Shown here: positions 25,268 to 36,600 of the stretch, piece by piece | Layout: every line of letters starts with the position of its first letter | Numbering within the stretch: position 1 is the first letter of the stretch | Program-made: the position numbers and the translations under genes | Origin: Yuukianura sp. NJ FZ-2021 | Taxonomy: Eukaryota | Length of the DNA: 64,000 nt | Reading direction: 5' to 3' | Assembly (NCBI GenBank): GCA_046563655.1 | Contig: CM102285.1 | Coordinates: 7,378,001 to 7,442,000, forward strand | Notes under the pieces: model-generated | The model's input: the letters and a program-made list of their open reading frames with translations, nothing else | Told to the model about the DNA's origin: nothing | Database searches by the model: none

Positions 25268-26078
25268 TTGCCCTTACATGAAAGTGTAGGGTGCCAAGGG
25301 CATAGTGGGTGCGCATATATATAACATAACATTAAGTAGAATAAAAAAATCTCCAAAAAAATGTTAAGACGCGTCAAAATAGTGAGGAAGGGTCTAAAAA
25401 TTTAGGGCCTAATATGGTATGTTTCGTTGTTGTGTGGGAAGTATGGTCAATATTAAACTTACAAGCTTTTAAAAGTCTTGAAATGATTGAAAGAGTTTAG
25501 AATGTGTAAAAAGGTAGGACGCTTGGCTTGCGACGGTAACTCTTTTGAAGTAGTGCATACACAAAGTCTATTTGTTCAATTCATTCCATATCTCGCTGCT
25601 CGCCAACTGAAACGCGTGAAGATGCGACATGAAATCTGATCTGACGATTCCGAGATATCGGCAATCACAGTGGGGGCACTTCAGAGTTTTACTTCGGGCC
25701 CTTGAAAATTTGAGTCGTACGAACAGCTGATTAGTATTTCAGTTTTCAGAGTATGTAACTTTCGTTAATTTTTCATCTTTTAATTATTCCTCCAATTACC
25801 TACTCGAAAAGACGTCTGTAGTATTTGTGTTGATCTCGTACTCATTTTCAGTAGAATGAAAGCTGGAACTGGCTGATAAAGTCATCGGCGGCGGTTTATC
25901 GTTGCAAGTGTGAGTCCGGATAGCCCGGATCCGGAATCTTTTCATCTTAAACGAAAACGGTAAGTAGTAAACGTAACTGACTTTGGTTTCACAAGTTAAC
26001 CAGCCACCGCATTCTCTATCGCATTTAGCATGTCACTTGTTAACCTTCTTTTGTATACAGCGTAAATAAACTGAGAAG

Positions 26079-27726
26079 ATGCCGCTTTATGAAGGAATTG
26101 GGCTGATCAATGAGAAATTGCCAGTGGTTCTTGAAATCGGAAATGCGCTTACGAAGTAAGTTGAGTTGTTGTTAAATTAAGCTCCTTTGAATTGATTTCT
26201 TTCAGAGTAGCTCACCTTTCGCGTATCGGGTTTACCAATCGGAGCTGACCACGTATATTTTATTTTTTAGGGCTGGATTCGCTGGGGAGCACACTCCAAG
26301 GGTGATACTACCGTCTTCAGTGTCACTCGTAAACACAACAAATTCCGATTCCTCAAAGGCTGAAAACGTAATAACCCTACACAATATTAAAGACGAGAAT
26401 GAACTTTACTTGGCTCTCGTCGAATTCTTGAATAAAATATACTTTGGGTGAGTACTAAAACCAAACCGCTATATAGATTTGCAATAGCATTGATGTGCAA
26501 GACCCCAAAATTCAAATGCTTTACGTCTAGTCGATGAATTCCAGGCACCTGTTGGTCACCCCGAAGGACCGAAAAGTCGTTATTCTGGAGTCGCTATTTA
26601 CTCCTACTAAATGGCGGAATACGCTGGCCAGAGTTCTGTACATTCATTACGAGGTCTTGAATATTCTATGGGTTCCAACGCATCTGGCTGCAACAGTTGG
26701 AGTCGGAGCGGACACTGCTTTGGTAGTAGACATTGGTCAAGGAGAAGCTAATGTTATTCCTGTCGTGCATGGTGTCACACTGTTAAGTACTCTTCTTTCT
26801 TATGAACTGGGTGCGGCTGCTTTTGATGCGTAAGTCCCCTAATAAGACGTTGTAGTTTCCAAGATTAAAATGAAATCGAGAACGCTGATGATTTGGTTTT
26901 GTCTTATAGGAACTTGAAGGAATTGCTTGTAGAACACGCATTGGACAAGAAAGAAGGCTTGAGCGACCTTTTGAGATCCGCACTGATTGAAGATATCCGT
27001 GTGCGCAGTTGTTTCGTTGCTCCAATGAACAGGGCGAAGCTCTTTAAGGATAAGGAAATACATTCGTTGGAGCCAAAGCTTGGACCATTCAACAAGGAAA
27101 TTTCTGAAAATGAGTTTCAAATTTTTGATGGTGTGGTGCGGGAGATCGCCCCTGAGATTTGGTTTCAAACGAGTGATTTGGATGGAGTCTCGATTCCTCA
27201 AATGATTCTCGACGTCATAGGAAGTGTAAGAGCAGTAATCCAAAAATATGCACGGACATTAAGTGTCGCTCCTCTTAACCTTTTAGGATGAAGCTAAACT
27301 AATTATCAATCGGTGATTCTTTAGTGCCCAATCGACTGCAGAAAAACACTTGCCGGAAGGATTTTAGTATGCGGTGGCACAAGCATGTTGCCAGGATTCC
27401 AAGGACGTTTAATTCGAGAATTGAAAAAGTTAGCGCTGGAGAGGGAATGCTACTCCACAAAGTTAAATGGTTACGATTTCCGGATTTTGCAGCCACCACT
27501 TGAACCAAATTGTGCAAGTTGGTTTGGTGGGTCAGTTTATGGCTCATCGGAAGCGATGGGACTAAGGGGTATTTCCAAGGAATACTTTCTCAAGAACGGG
27601 ACATTGCCGGACTGGTCTTCGTCAAACTTTTCTCACAGTTATACGCCCTTCGGCGTTCCGAACCCTTCAGAATCGTCATCGTCAGCAGCCAACGCTCACC
27701 CAGCAGCCACCTCCAGAAGGATTTGA
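26079..27726 (+). CDS. ACTR10: Actin-related protein 10 (dynactin pointed-end Arp11); exons ~26079-26155, 26271-26447, 26545-26829, 26910-27225, 27325-27726
   Basis: Spliced translation MPLYEGIG..EK..VVLEIG.A.TKAGFAGE..PR, HLLVTPKDRKVVILES, EDIRVRSCFV, CPIDCRK.LA..ILV.GGTSMLPGF, WFGGS matches ACTR10. All introns are GT-AG and in phase. Confidence 0.93.
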
Positions 27727-27856
27727 ATCTATTATATTAAACCACAAAATTAAACCAAATGAATATAGTTTGGTTTTTTTAAACATCAAATATCTTATGT
27801 CTTAACTGTGATTCCGAAACGGCCGCTTGAATTTGGGCACAACAAACATGTGGTTA

Positions 27857-28553
27857 TTATTCCAATGTGTCACTACTTGTAAGCTCCTGGTTGTCCTCTG
27901 CCTCTCTCTCTGCGTTTGGTTTTGCTGAAGCAGCTAAGATTAGTAAGATATGAGTGATTACTAGGTCGGATTTTGGGTTTCTTGGACTTGCCACTGAATT
28001 TAAGAACGATAAGCAAACGCATACCTTCATAAGCTTCTGGATACATTTGAGCCAACTTGGTCTTGATTGTTCGAATTCTTCTAAATATATTCTCAATGTC
28101 CTTCCGCATTTCAGTAAGCATTTGAGAATGTTTCTTAAAATCCGTCATTGCGTTGTGATACCGAGTTACAGAAAGGGAGTTGCAGTTTGTTAGCATTTCG
28201 TTTGTCTTCTCAAATCTTGTTAACCTTATGAACAAAGGTTATATTAGGTTATAAAAATCATATTAAACTTGATTACAGCGTTACAGCCATGTTTGGCCTT
28301 GTTTCCATAGCATACTTCGTAACTTCATTGAAGGGAGGACTTACATGTATTTTTGGGATCGAATGATGGTGGATATATCTTGCTGGTTGACCATCCCTGC
28401 TAATCCTTCCGTAAAAACTTCCGGCGCAGTGTAATTTTGAAAGCATTCGATGTCGCTAATTCCATCTTCACTCTTTTGGGGACTGATGTGTCCTCCTGCG
28501 GCAGCAGCAGTTTCAGCACTGGAACCTTTTTCACTGGAACCTTTGGCTGACAT
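27857..28553 (-). CDS. KXD1: KxDL motif-containing protein 1 (BORC subunit); exons ~28553-28345, 28224-28025, 27933-27857
   Basis: F..GLAGMVNQQD...IIRSQKYMLTRFEKTNEMLTNCNSLS..R......FKKH..ML.EMRKDIENIFRRIR.IK.KL...YPEAY is the KXD1 signature. GT-AG introns are in phase. Confidence 0.92.
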
Positions 28554-29160
28554 TGCCAACTTTGGCCAACGACGGATGTTTTAAGTGTTCTATTCCACGA
28601 ACGTTGTTGAATAATTTTCAAAATTTAAAATTTTAGTTTTAGAATTTTACATTTTTAAGATTTAAAGGTTGCATTTACCAGAATAAAAGAGTAATAATAA
28701 GAAATATAGGTTTCGGACGGCATAAGGATTAGCGACGTTCATTGTAGTCGCAGAGCAGAAGCATAGCCACTACGGTAATCTTTGCCTGCCAGTCACAGGT
28801 GGCTGACGCTGAATCTTATACTTTTACCTTTTACATTTCCGTTCCTCTTCCATTCCCATTCGATTCCATTACGAATGCATTGTTGTCATCCATACTACAA
28901 TTGCATCCCAGTACCGGAAAACCACGAAGTAAAGATTCAGCGCAGAAGAGAGATATTTATATGATTCACATAGGGAAATAGGAGCTCAAAGTGAGACAAG
29001 ATTTTACATGTGTTTAAATGGGATTCCTTGTCTCAGTTTGGGCTCCTTTTTCCCTGTGTGTGATTGTTAATCCTTACGCCAACTAGTACTTCTGTATGAG
29101 GGGAGAATCGACTCATAAATGAAACTACCGCGCACAACAACAACATCAGAACACCACAAC

Positions 29161-29552
29161 TAGTGCTTCAAGTTCGGGCCCGAAATGAAAAGTTCGAACT
29201 TCGAACCCAAGTTCGAACTTTCGAAACTTTTTTTTACATGCAAAAATCAAGGAGCAGTGAAAAAAATGGCGAGGGTGATAAATTTCGAAATTCACTTCCG
29301 AAGTGCATTTCCCCCTGTACTTGAATTCTTTTTCAAAAACTATAACTTATAACAATAGGTTTAAAGTGAACTAAAACTAATTTCTGTGGCAATTTGCCTC
29401 GGTTTTTGTTGAAATCTATGCATTGTTGAATATTTGCCAATATTGACGTGTAAGTTCGAACTCTTTTGGCTGAGGTTCGAACTTCGAACCTAGGAAAACA
29501 GCCAGGTTCGAGTTCGAAAGTTCGAACTCTAAAGTTCGAACTTGAAGCACTA
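29161..29552. mobile_element. hAT-type MITE nested in the left arm of the IS3EU-type element
   Basis: 16-bp TIR TAGTGCTTCAAGTTCG, 8-bp TSD ACCACAAC, GTTCGAAC subterminal repeats. It is absent from the right arm. Confidence 0.92.
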
Positions 29553-29575
29553 ACCACAACCTAATGTTGTAGTTT

Positions 29576-29960
29576 TCACACAAGAACAACTCTTACACAC
29601 AAGAACAACTCCCACGCACAAGAACAACTTTTACACACAAGAACAACTTTTGCACACAAGAACTACTTTTACACACAAGAACTACTTTTGCACACAAGAA
29701 CAACTCTCACGCACAAGAACAACTTTTACACACAAGAACAACTTTTGCACACAAGAACTACTTTTACATACAAGAACTACTTTTGCACACAAGAACAACT
29801 CTCACGCACAAGAACAACTTTTGCACACAAGAACAACTTCTACACACAAGAACAACTTTTGCACACAAGAACAACTTTTGCACACAAGAACAACTTTTGC
29901 ACACAAGAACAACTTTTGCACACAAGAACAACATTTACGCACAAGAACTACTTTTACACA
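29576..29960 (+). repeat. 19-bp minisatellite (GCACACAAGAACAACTTTT) in left arm
   Basis: Period of 19 read directly (e.g. 29861, 29880). Confidence 0.95.
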
Positions 29961-31344
29961 CGTCTACTACTTTTTCACGCCTACTGCTTTCTGCTTTCGC
30001 ACACAAGAACAACTCCCTCCGCCTACTATTTTTTTGTCCAACTCATCAAGTGGTATCAGATAGGTTAGGTCAGAAAACGATAGCCCAGATTTTGAAAACC
30101 TTTTGCACATACAAGCCACCCACATCGATGCAGTTTCTCAGAAAATTATAGCTTTGTCACTGGTCCAGGTCAAAAGTTATGGTAGTTTCATGTCCAAGAA
30201 TGTTTGAAGTACCAAGGCAAAGTCGGTTTTTCCTTGAATTTAGTCAGCAAATTATAGACTTTTCTTTCTCATTTAATCGCTCAATTCCTCAGTTCGATTC
30301 GTCCAGAGAATAATAATTGCTTTTATTAGCAGCTTTTTCGTTTATAAACAAGGTAGGGCAATGCTCAAGGGTTGAGCATAGGTCTTCTAGAGGAGTTGAC
30401 CATTGATACGAGTTTTAGATCGGCCGGCCGCAAAACCGTGTAACAATAATGTGAGAAACCGTTTTCATGGAATTGGTGCACCGAAACATCGCTCAAAAGT
30501 TTCAGTGCGGAGGTGAGGTTCTATTTTGTGCATGAGTTGCGCACCAGAATTGTGTTGGCAATTCTACCGTTTAATTGCACCAACATCATGTTCCTGTTTT
30601 GAGGCTCACAATACCTGCACTGAATTGATGTTGTTAATCTCTTGAGCAAGATACACACCGTATTTTCGATTGTTGGCATGGCAATACAATATACATAACA
30701 GGGTTAATTTAACTGCATCATAATGTTGTTCAAATTGGGCTCAGATTTCACTCTGTTCAAAATTATTTTGATGCACAATTGCTCTCAAGCATGCACAAAA
30801 CTTTTAGTTGTGTGCATGATGCACAAAACTGACGTGGGGGGAGGGTGGTCGAATGTCGATTTCTAAAAATCAAAATTGGTTCATGCAAATTCACAATTCA
30901 ACGTTTATGTATCCCTGTTGGTCATAAGTGTGCAACATGCACAAAAATGAACGCTAGAGTGAGGGGTCGAATATGGCTTGTAAAAATCGAAATTATAAAA
31001 ATTTCTAGTAACTGCAGATTTGACCCCTGTCATGCACTATTCACATATTAAACATTTAAGCCGGTTTTTCTACCATCTGATCAGTCTTAATTTAACAACG
31101 CAAATAAACATACTATCAGAAAATGACAGAGTCAAAACTTCGTTGTTTAAATATATTTTGAGTGTAATCGAAACCAAAACGTTTCCGGGAAACGACTACA
31201 CCGCGTGTGCGTAAAGTGGTCGCCCATTTCTACGTTGTTAAGAAAACAGTTTGAGTGGAATGTAGACATAATGAAAACACTTGAGCGATACAGAACCCCC
31301 GGTCAATAATGGGGCTAATGTTTCAGCGCAAAAAGTCCTAAAAA

Positions 31345-31427
31345 GTGTGACGGACGGACGGACAGACAAAGTCGTATCAATAGTCTTCTTCAGCACGTCG
31401 TAGACGTGCGTCTCCAGAAGACTAAAA
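31345..31427 (+). mobile_element. Helentron/HINE (DINE-1-like) 3' end
   Basis: GACG/GACA microsatellite (31349-31368), then inverted repeat TAGTCTTCT...AGAAGACTA enclosing the hairpin GCACGTC-GTA-GACGTGC. The 5' end was not located. Confidence 0.5.
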
Positions 31428-31500
31428 CTGGGACCTGAAGAGCATTAATGCAAGAATTGAAGTACGTTCGTATTTTAGGAAAAAATATAAACAAAATATT

Positions 31501-32228
31501 CTACAATTGCCCAAATCCGCTAACACCGTAGTCTAAAACAAGCTTCATTTTCGAGTTAAGTTGCTCTGCCGTAAAGAATTTTGGAATGACAATCTCACTG
31601 AAGCAAGCATGTACCTCGATGTCAGTCGCCTCTTCGCTGATATTCAACTTCAGAACGTCATCTGGAAACCCTCCCCAACCGGTCCATACTTTTAACAAAT
31701 CTCCTAACTTGTCGTCTAAAAACAATCAAAAGCAAATTATAATTTCATAAGTGGTTTAAATGTTACCAGTTAATGGAGTTACTGTTCAGATCAAATAAGA
31801 AACCGCAAAAACACCTGCACATCGTCATGTTCTTTTTCCCAAAAAGAAGTTTAAGAGTTAATTAATGTCATCTTTCCTTTAAAGCAGAAATCGTTCTTAC
31901 CCAAAGTTAGGATTGTGTCACCTAATCCGAAAGCGGATAGCGAGGCGAGTCGGATTGAGTTCGGAGCATTTGCTTCGGCACGATCCCCTAAGCAACAAAA
32001 CGGTTTCGTCCAGACCCTATCCTGTGCTACTCTACTGCTACGATTTGTTGAACGACCAACGGTTCTTCCTCTCCCAGCTGGTGAAGTCTATTGCAAGAAA
32101 TTTCGCCTTGCCTCCTAGTAAATCCTAGCCGGCGTACTGGGCAACATGACAGGGCGAGAAACAGATAAATTCGACGGACCTGGGCTATCAGTTGTCATAT
32201 TGTCTCTCGCTAATGCTGCCTGAGACGC
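31501..32228 (-). pseudogene. Remnant of a spliced HECT-domain E3 ubiquitin ligase gene carried in the IS3EU-type element
   Basis: C-terminal exon LLKVWTG...HACFSEIVIP...KMKLVLDYGVSGFGQL* resembles the HECT C-lobe (HTCF catalytic Cys, terminal GFG). An upstream exon WTKPFCCLG...LSAFGLG has in-frame stops. Confidence 0.7.
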
Positions 32229-32562
32229 TGCAAATAACAATCAGTATTAGAACGTAGACATTATAAAACATGAAACTATAACCGGAATAAGTTACCATTA
32301 TTGTTATTTGAAGATGTAATGGCGTTCCTTAGTTCGTCTAAAAGGTTTAAGACACGTTGTCGTGTGAAATCCATGTTTATACGAAGGAACTAAGTTACTG
32401 GAAACAGGAACAATTTGCGAAGTGCAAATAATAAATATTCAACATCTGAGCACATAACAACCAACAAATTGATATTCCCTCGCCTGGACCACATGATGAG
32501 TTGGACAAAAAAATAGTAGGCGGAGGGAGTTGTTCTTGTGTGTGAAAGCAGAAAGTAGTAGA

Positions 32563-32797
32563 CGTGTGTAAAAGTTGTTCTTGTGTGTAAGAGTTGTTCT
32601 TGTGTGCAAAAGTTGTTCTTGTGCGTGAGAGTTGTTCTTGTGTGCAAAAGTTGTTCTTGTGTGCAAAAGTTGTTCTTGTGTGCAAAAGTTGTTCTTGTGT
32701 GTAAAAGTTGTTCTTGTGTGCAAAAGTTGTTCTTGTGTGTAAAAGTTGTTCTTGTGTGCAAAAGTTGTTCTTGTGTGTAAAAGTTGTTCTTGTGTGA
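32563..32797 (-). repeat. 19-bp minisatellite, inverted copy in right arm
   Basis: Reverse complement AAAAGTTGTTCTTGTGTGC tandem array. Confidence 0.95.
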
Positions 32798-33649
32798 AAA
32801 CTCAAACATTAGGTTGTGTGTTTTGATGTTGCTGTTGTGCGCGGTGGTTACATTTATGAGTCGATTCTCCCCTCATACTTCTGAGCCTTTACGGAGCTAT
32901 CCTACTTATCTGCTTATTAGACAAGTTCTTTCGTCGGCGCTTATCATTGTTCTCTTCTTTCTATGTTATATTTACCTGAGTGACGTAGGCAAAACTTTCC
33001 TCTTTGTAACCTCCCAGTGTAGGCAACCTCAGCCGCCATGTTTTAATCACCCTGTGGCTACACTAGGTGGCATCAGTGAACGTAGCCTTTGTCAAACCTA
33101 CCCTTTCATACAGTCTACCCATTTGTTGTGTTCACGGCTACAAATATGGAGGCTCGACGGTGGTTACACCAAATGGTTACAGCGGGAACAATGCAGTCCT
33201 ACCCCAACGGTTTACGTGGTTCTTTATGTTTGGTAATTTGTGTTTTGTTTTCCTCTTCAAATCTGCTGCTTGTTTTTCGATTCAAACTTCATTTCTCTTT
33301 TGACTGGACTGGACACTGGATTCCAGTGACTGGAGTTGGCACGGTTATCCCGGAACTGGAAGACTGCTGGTAACGGACAACGGTAACACATTTTTGGTTT
33401 TTACAAATCTTTACCCTCTAGGTTTTCTCATCTCAAGGCCATTGTCGTCGCCTTCCGGTTATGCCCAGCTCCTTCATATTTATTTACGAATATGCGTTTC
33501 ATGTGCTATACACATAAATAATATAAGGGTGTAAATTGTAAAAGTAAATTTCGCAGATTTTAAATTAACACCGAATTTTGTTTGATATCTCCTTCTCCGT
33601 TTTGTAGAATAAGTCACTCACTTCCGAATCCGAACCCCAACTGCTTCTA

Positions 33650-36600
33650 ATGGAAGTCGACGTGGAGGATATTCTACCGAGAATCAAAACGGAACAGCAA
33701 TCACCGACACAGGAGGGAGAGGCAAACACCGATGAACTTGCCGAGCATGGTATCCCGAAAGAAGAAGACGATGTAGCCTCGCATGAAATCGCAGAAGAGC
33801 CAACGCTATTGAATTCGGATTCAAAAGGAGTTACACAAGGTTCTGCCTCCATCGATGTCGGAAAAATTAAAGAGGAGCTTCCGGATCCGGACGAATCCGG
33901 TACACGTGAAACAGAAAAAGTGGTCATTCCTATATTTGAGAATAAGTCGTGTATTAAAACTGAGAAAAATGAAGATGAGCGCGCTCCGAATGCAAATCCC
34001 CGTGAAGACTTGGACGCCGTGGATGGCGGGTCTTTAGTAGCAGTAGCAGAGCAAGAGAAGTTCATAATCGAACCGAAGGAACTCGAATGCTTATTTTTTG
34101 GAAGTTTTTATAACGAAAAGCAATTGAAGGTAAGTACTAATTGCTCTGCCGCCGATAGTAATAACTAAACACAAACAGCATTGTATTGGTGTTTTCTGAC
34201 TGGAATGGAATATACTGATTGAGTTCGGTTCTGTTACAGGAAGCGGCGCTCGACCTCGTTACTTTCGCTACGCCTTGCAAAATAACTGAAATCAGAGTAA
34301 TTCCGCTTGGCGCAACGGTTGAGTTGCTAGATGGAGTAGCTCTACTAGGGTGAGTCGAGTGACATTATGTTCGTGATGGAACTTTTGTTTTTAATAATAC
34401 CTATAACTCAAACTTAATAATAAAAACGGGATTGTATGTAGATCAACAAATCCGACCAACTTTGAAGTAGAGCTTTACTATGAAGATCTTATGGATCCAA
34501 CGAACGCCACCTTCAAGGAAATATCCAAATTCACATACGACCACAAGCTGGCAATCAATTCTTCGTGTGGGTCTGAAGAAAGTCCGGTACGATTGCAGTG
34601 TTTAGTTTATTTCGCATTAGCCCATTCAAAGGCAAATTTTTCTCGTTTCCAGATTATTACCAGCAAGGTCGTTGTACGTGGCATCTACAACAGTATTACT
34701 CTAGCAGTGATCGGTCACCAAGTAGAAAACTTTCCAGTTAAAGGGCAGCTTCCGGATACTGAATCTGTAGATAGTTATTTTGACCAAGCATCACTCACCG
34801 ACGACAATGAAGGTCAACTCGTGGACGAGGATTGGGATGAAGATGATGAAGACTATGGCCGGACTCTTGACGAGGACGGAGACTACGAATATAGTGAATA
34901 CAGTGACGATCAGGAGGAATTCAAATCGGGCGAGGAACTAATGGAAGGAGATGGCCGATGTGAGCTTATTTTTTAATTGAATCCGTTAAGGTTATTGTTG
35001 TTTTCTATACAAACTGTTCTTGGCATTAATTACTAGATTCCGAGGACGCAGACGACGATGTTGAAATGAAAGACGCGTTTGATAGCAACCTAGATGACGA
35101 AGTTGATTTTCAGGATGAGACGCAAAGTTTATCACCATCATCAACTGACGAGTTGACACCATCGCCTTCAAGATCATGGGAAGAAACAAAGGAACGTGAA
35201 TCAGAAACTTTCGATCAAAGAACTCCATCACCCGAAGACTACATTCAATCTGACCAGTGGGGAATAGAACGAACTCAAGACGCCTTTGATGAAGAAGAAG
35301 AGGAGAAGGCGAACGAATTTTCCGCAATGGAAAGGCGTTCTCAATCCACCGAAAAATCCTCTGGGAGCATAAATTCGCCCGATAAATATCACACTGAATC
35401 AGATACTGAGGAATCCTCTCCTGTTTTGGCACAAAGATTTTCGCCAAGGCATGAAAGTGTCAACCAGCTGGAGAGTTTCAGTCCTGGAAGCGAAGAGTGT
35501 GAAAGTGATTCATTTGTCCCGATTAAAACGGAAACTGTTGACATCATGCAAGTTGCGATTCCCCAATCGGAGCTACGTCAAACACCTTCGCCACCGAAAG
35601 ATGTGAATTCTGGTCAATTCGTAGGGTTTCAATCCAAGTTGGAGACAGAGGACATCTCAGATGGTGATATATCAAGTATGGAAGAAGAAATGCAATTTCC
35701 AATTCATTCTGATGAAGAAATGGATCTTGGTAAGAAGTCAACTCTTTAGTAGCGCATTCCGGGTTTATTTAATCCACCAATCCACGTATTACGCGCAGGC
35801 ATCCGGAATCAGCTACCGACAATAGGATTTCGGCAGCTCTTTAAAAATTGTCGGTTTGTCAGCTACCGAAATCGGTAGCTGAAAAAGTAGAAAATTGAGT
35901 CTTTTTTTAGTCCAAAAACGAAAAATTTCGCGCGCCTACGGCGCGGGTGATTCTACAGCTCTTAAACCAGATTTTCTTTCACGCCTACGGCGTGAAACAT
36001 CTAAAAAGCTGCATTTCCAGGCCTCGCGACTACTACATCGATTTTTCCAAACAGTAAATCGTCTCCAGAATTCGATTTTCTCAGTGTTTTGGCTCCCTCC
36101 GGAAGACGAGTTCGACTTCCGTAACCGATTTTTCTAATGCTCTTTGAATCTGGAAAAATATTTTTCGTAAAAGTTCGTTTTCAGTACTTCACGACTCCAG
36201 AAGACTAGTTTTTTCGGTTTGTTTTTCCCAGAAACCGAATTTTCTTCGCGCCTAAAACGCGGAGGAAAACTTCAAGTTACATTTTGAAAGCTTTTCCAAC
36301 CAAAAAAGACGGTTATCCTCTTATCCTGCCGTTTACATCGCATCACCTTTGAATACGGTCATGTAATCTCGTTTTAAAAAAAATGATTTTTTTATATCAT
36401 GCGATAAAATGCACGTTTTTTTTTCGGCTCCGCCATTTTTAATCAGCTACCGAAATCGGTAGCTGAAATTTTCGCAAAATCGGTAGCTGATTCCGGGTTC
36501 ATTCCGGATGTCTGATTACGCGTATGAATCATGAATTGAATAACGTAATAATTTTACGTAAACTTTTATTTCAAATATAGTTTACGTTAATGATCATTAT

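Larger units (their letters stand above)
29095..32877. mobile_element. IS3EU-type non-autonomous DNA transposon with long minisatellite-containing inverted arms
   Basis: Termini TATGAGGGGAGAATCGACTCATAAATG / CATTTATGAGTCGATTCTCCCCTCATA with 6-bp TSD CTTCTG (29089-29094, 32878-32883). Arms ~29095-30054 and ~32488-32877. TAY..RTA ends with a 6-bp TSD fit my recollection of the IS3EU definition. Confidence 0.8.

Noticed and set aside
25268..25305. TGCCCTT...AAGGGCA hairpin as a Helentron end
   Set aside because: No supporting microsatellite or second terminus found.
29650..32809. HTRTTF/THKNNF/TQEQL repeat proteins
   Set aside because: Translations of the 19-bp minisatellite, open in all three frames.
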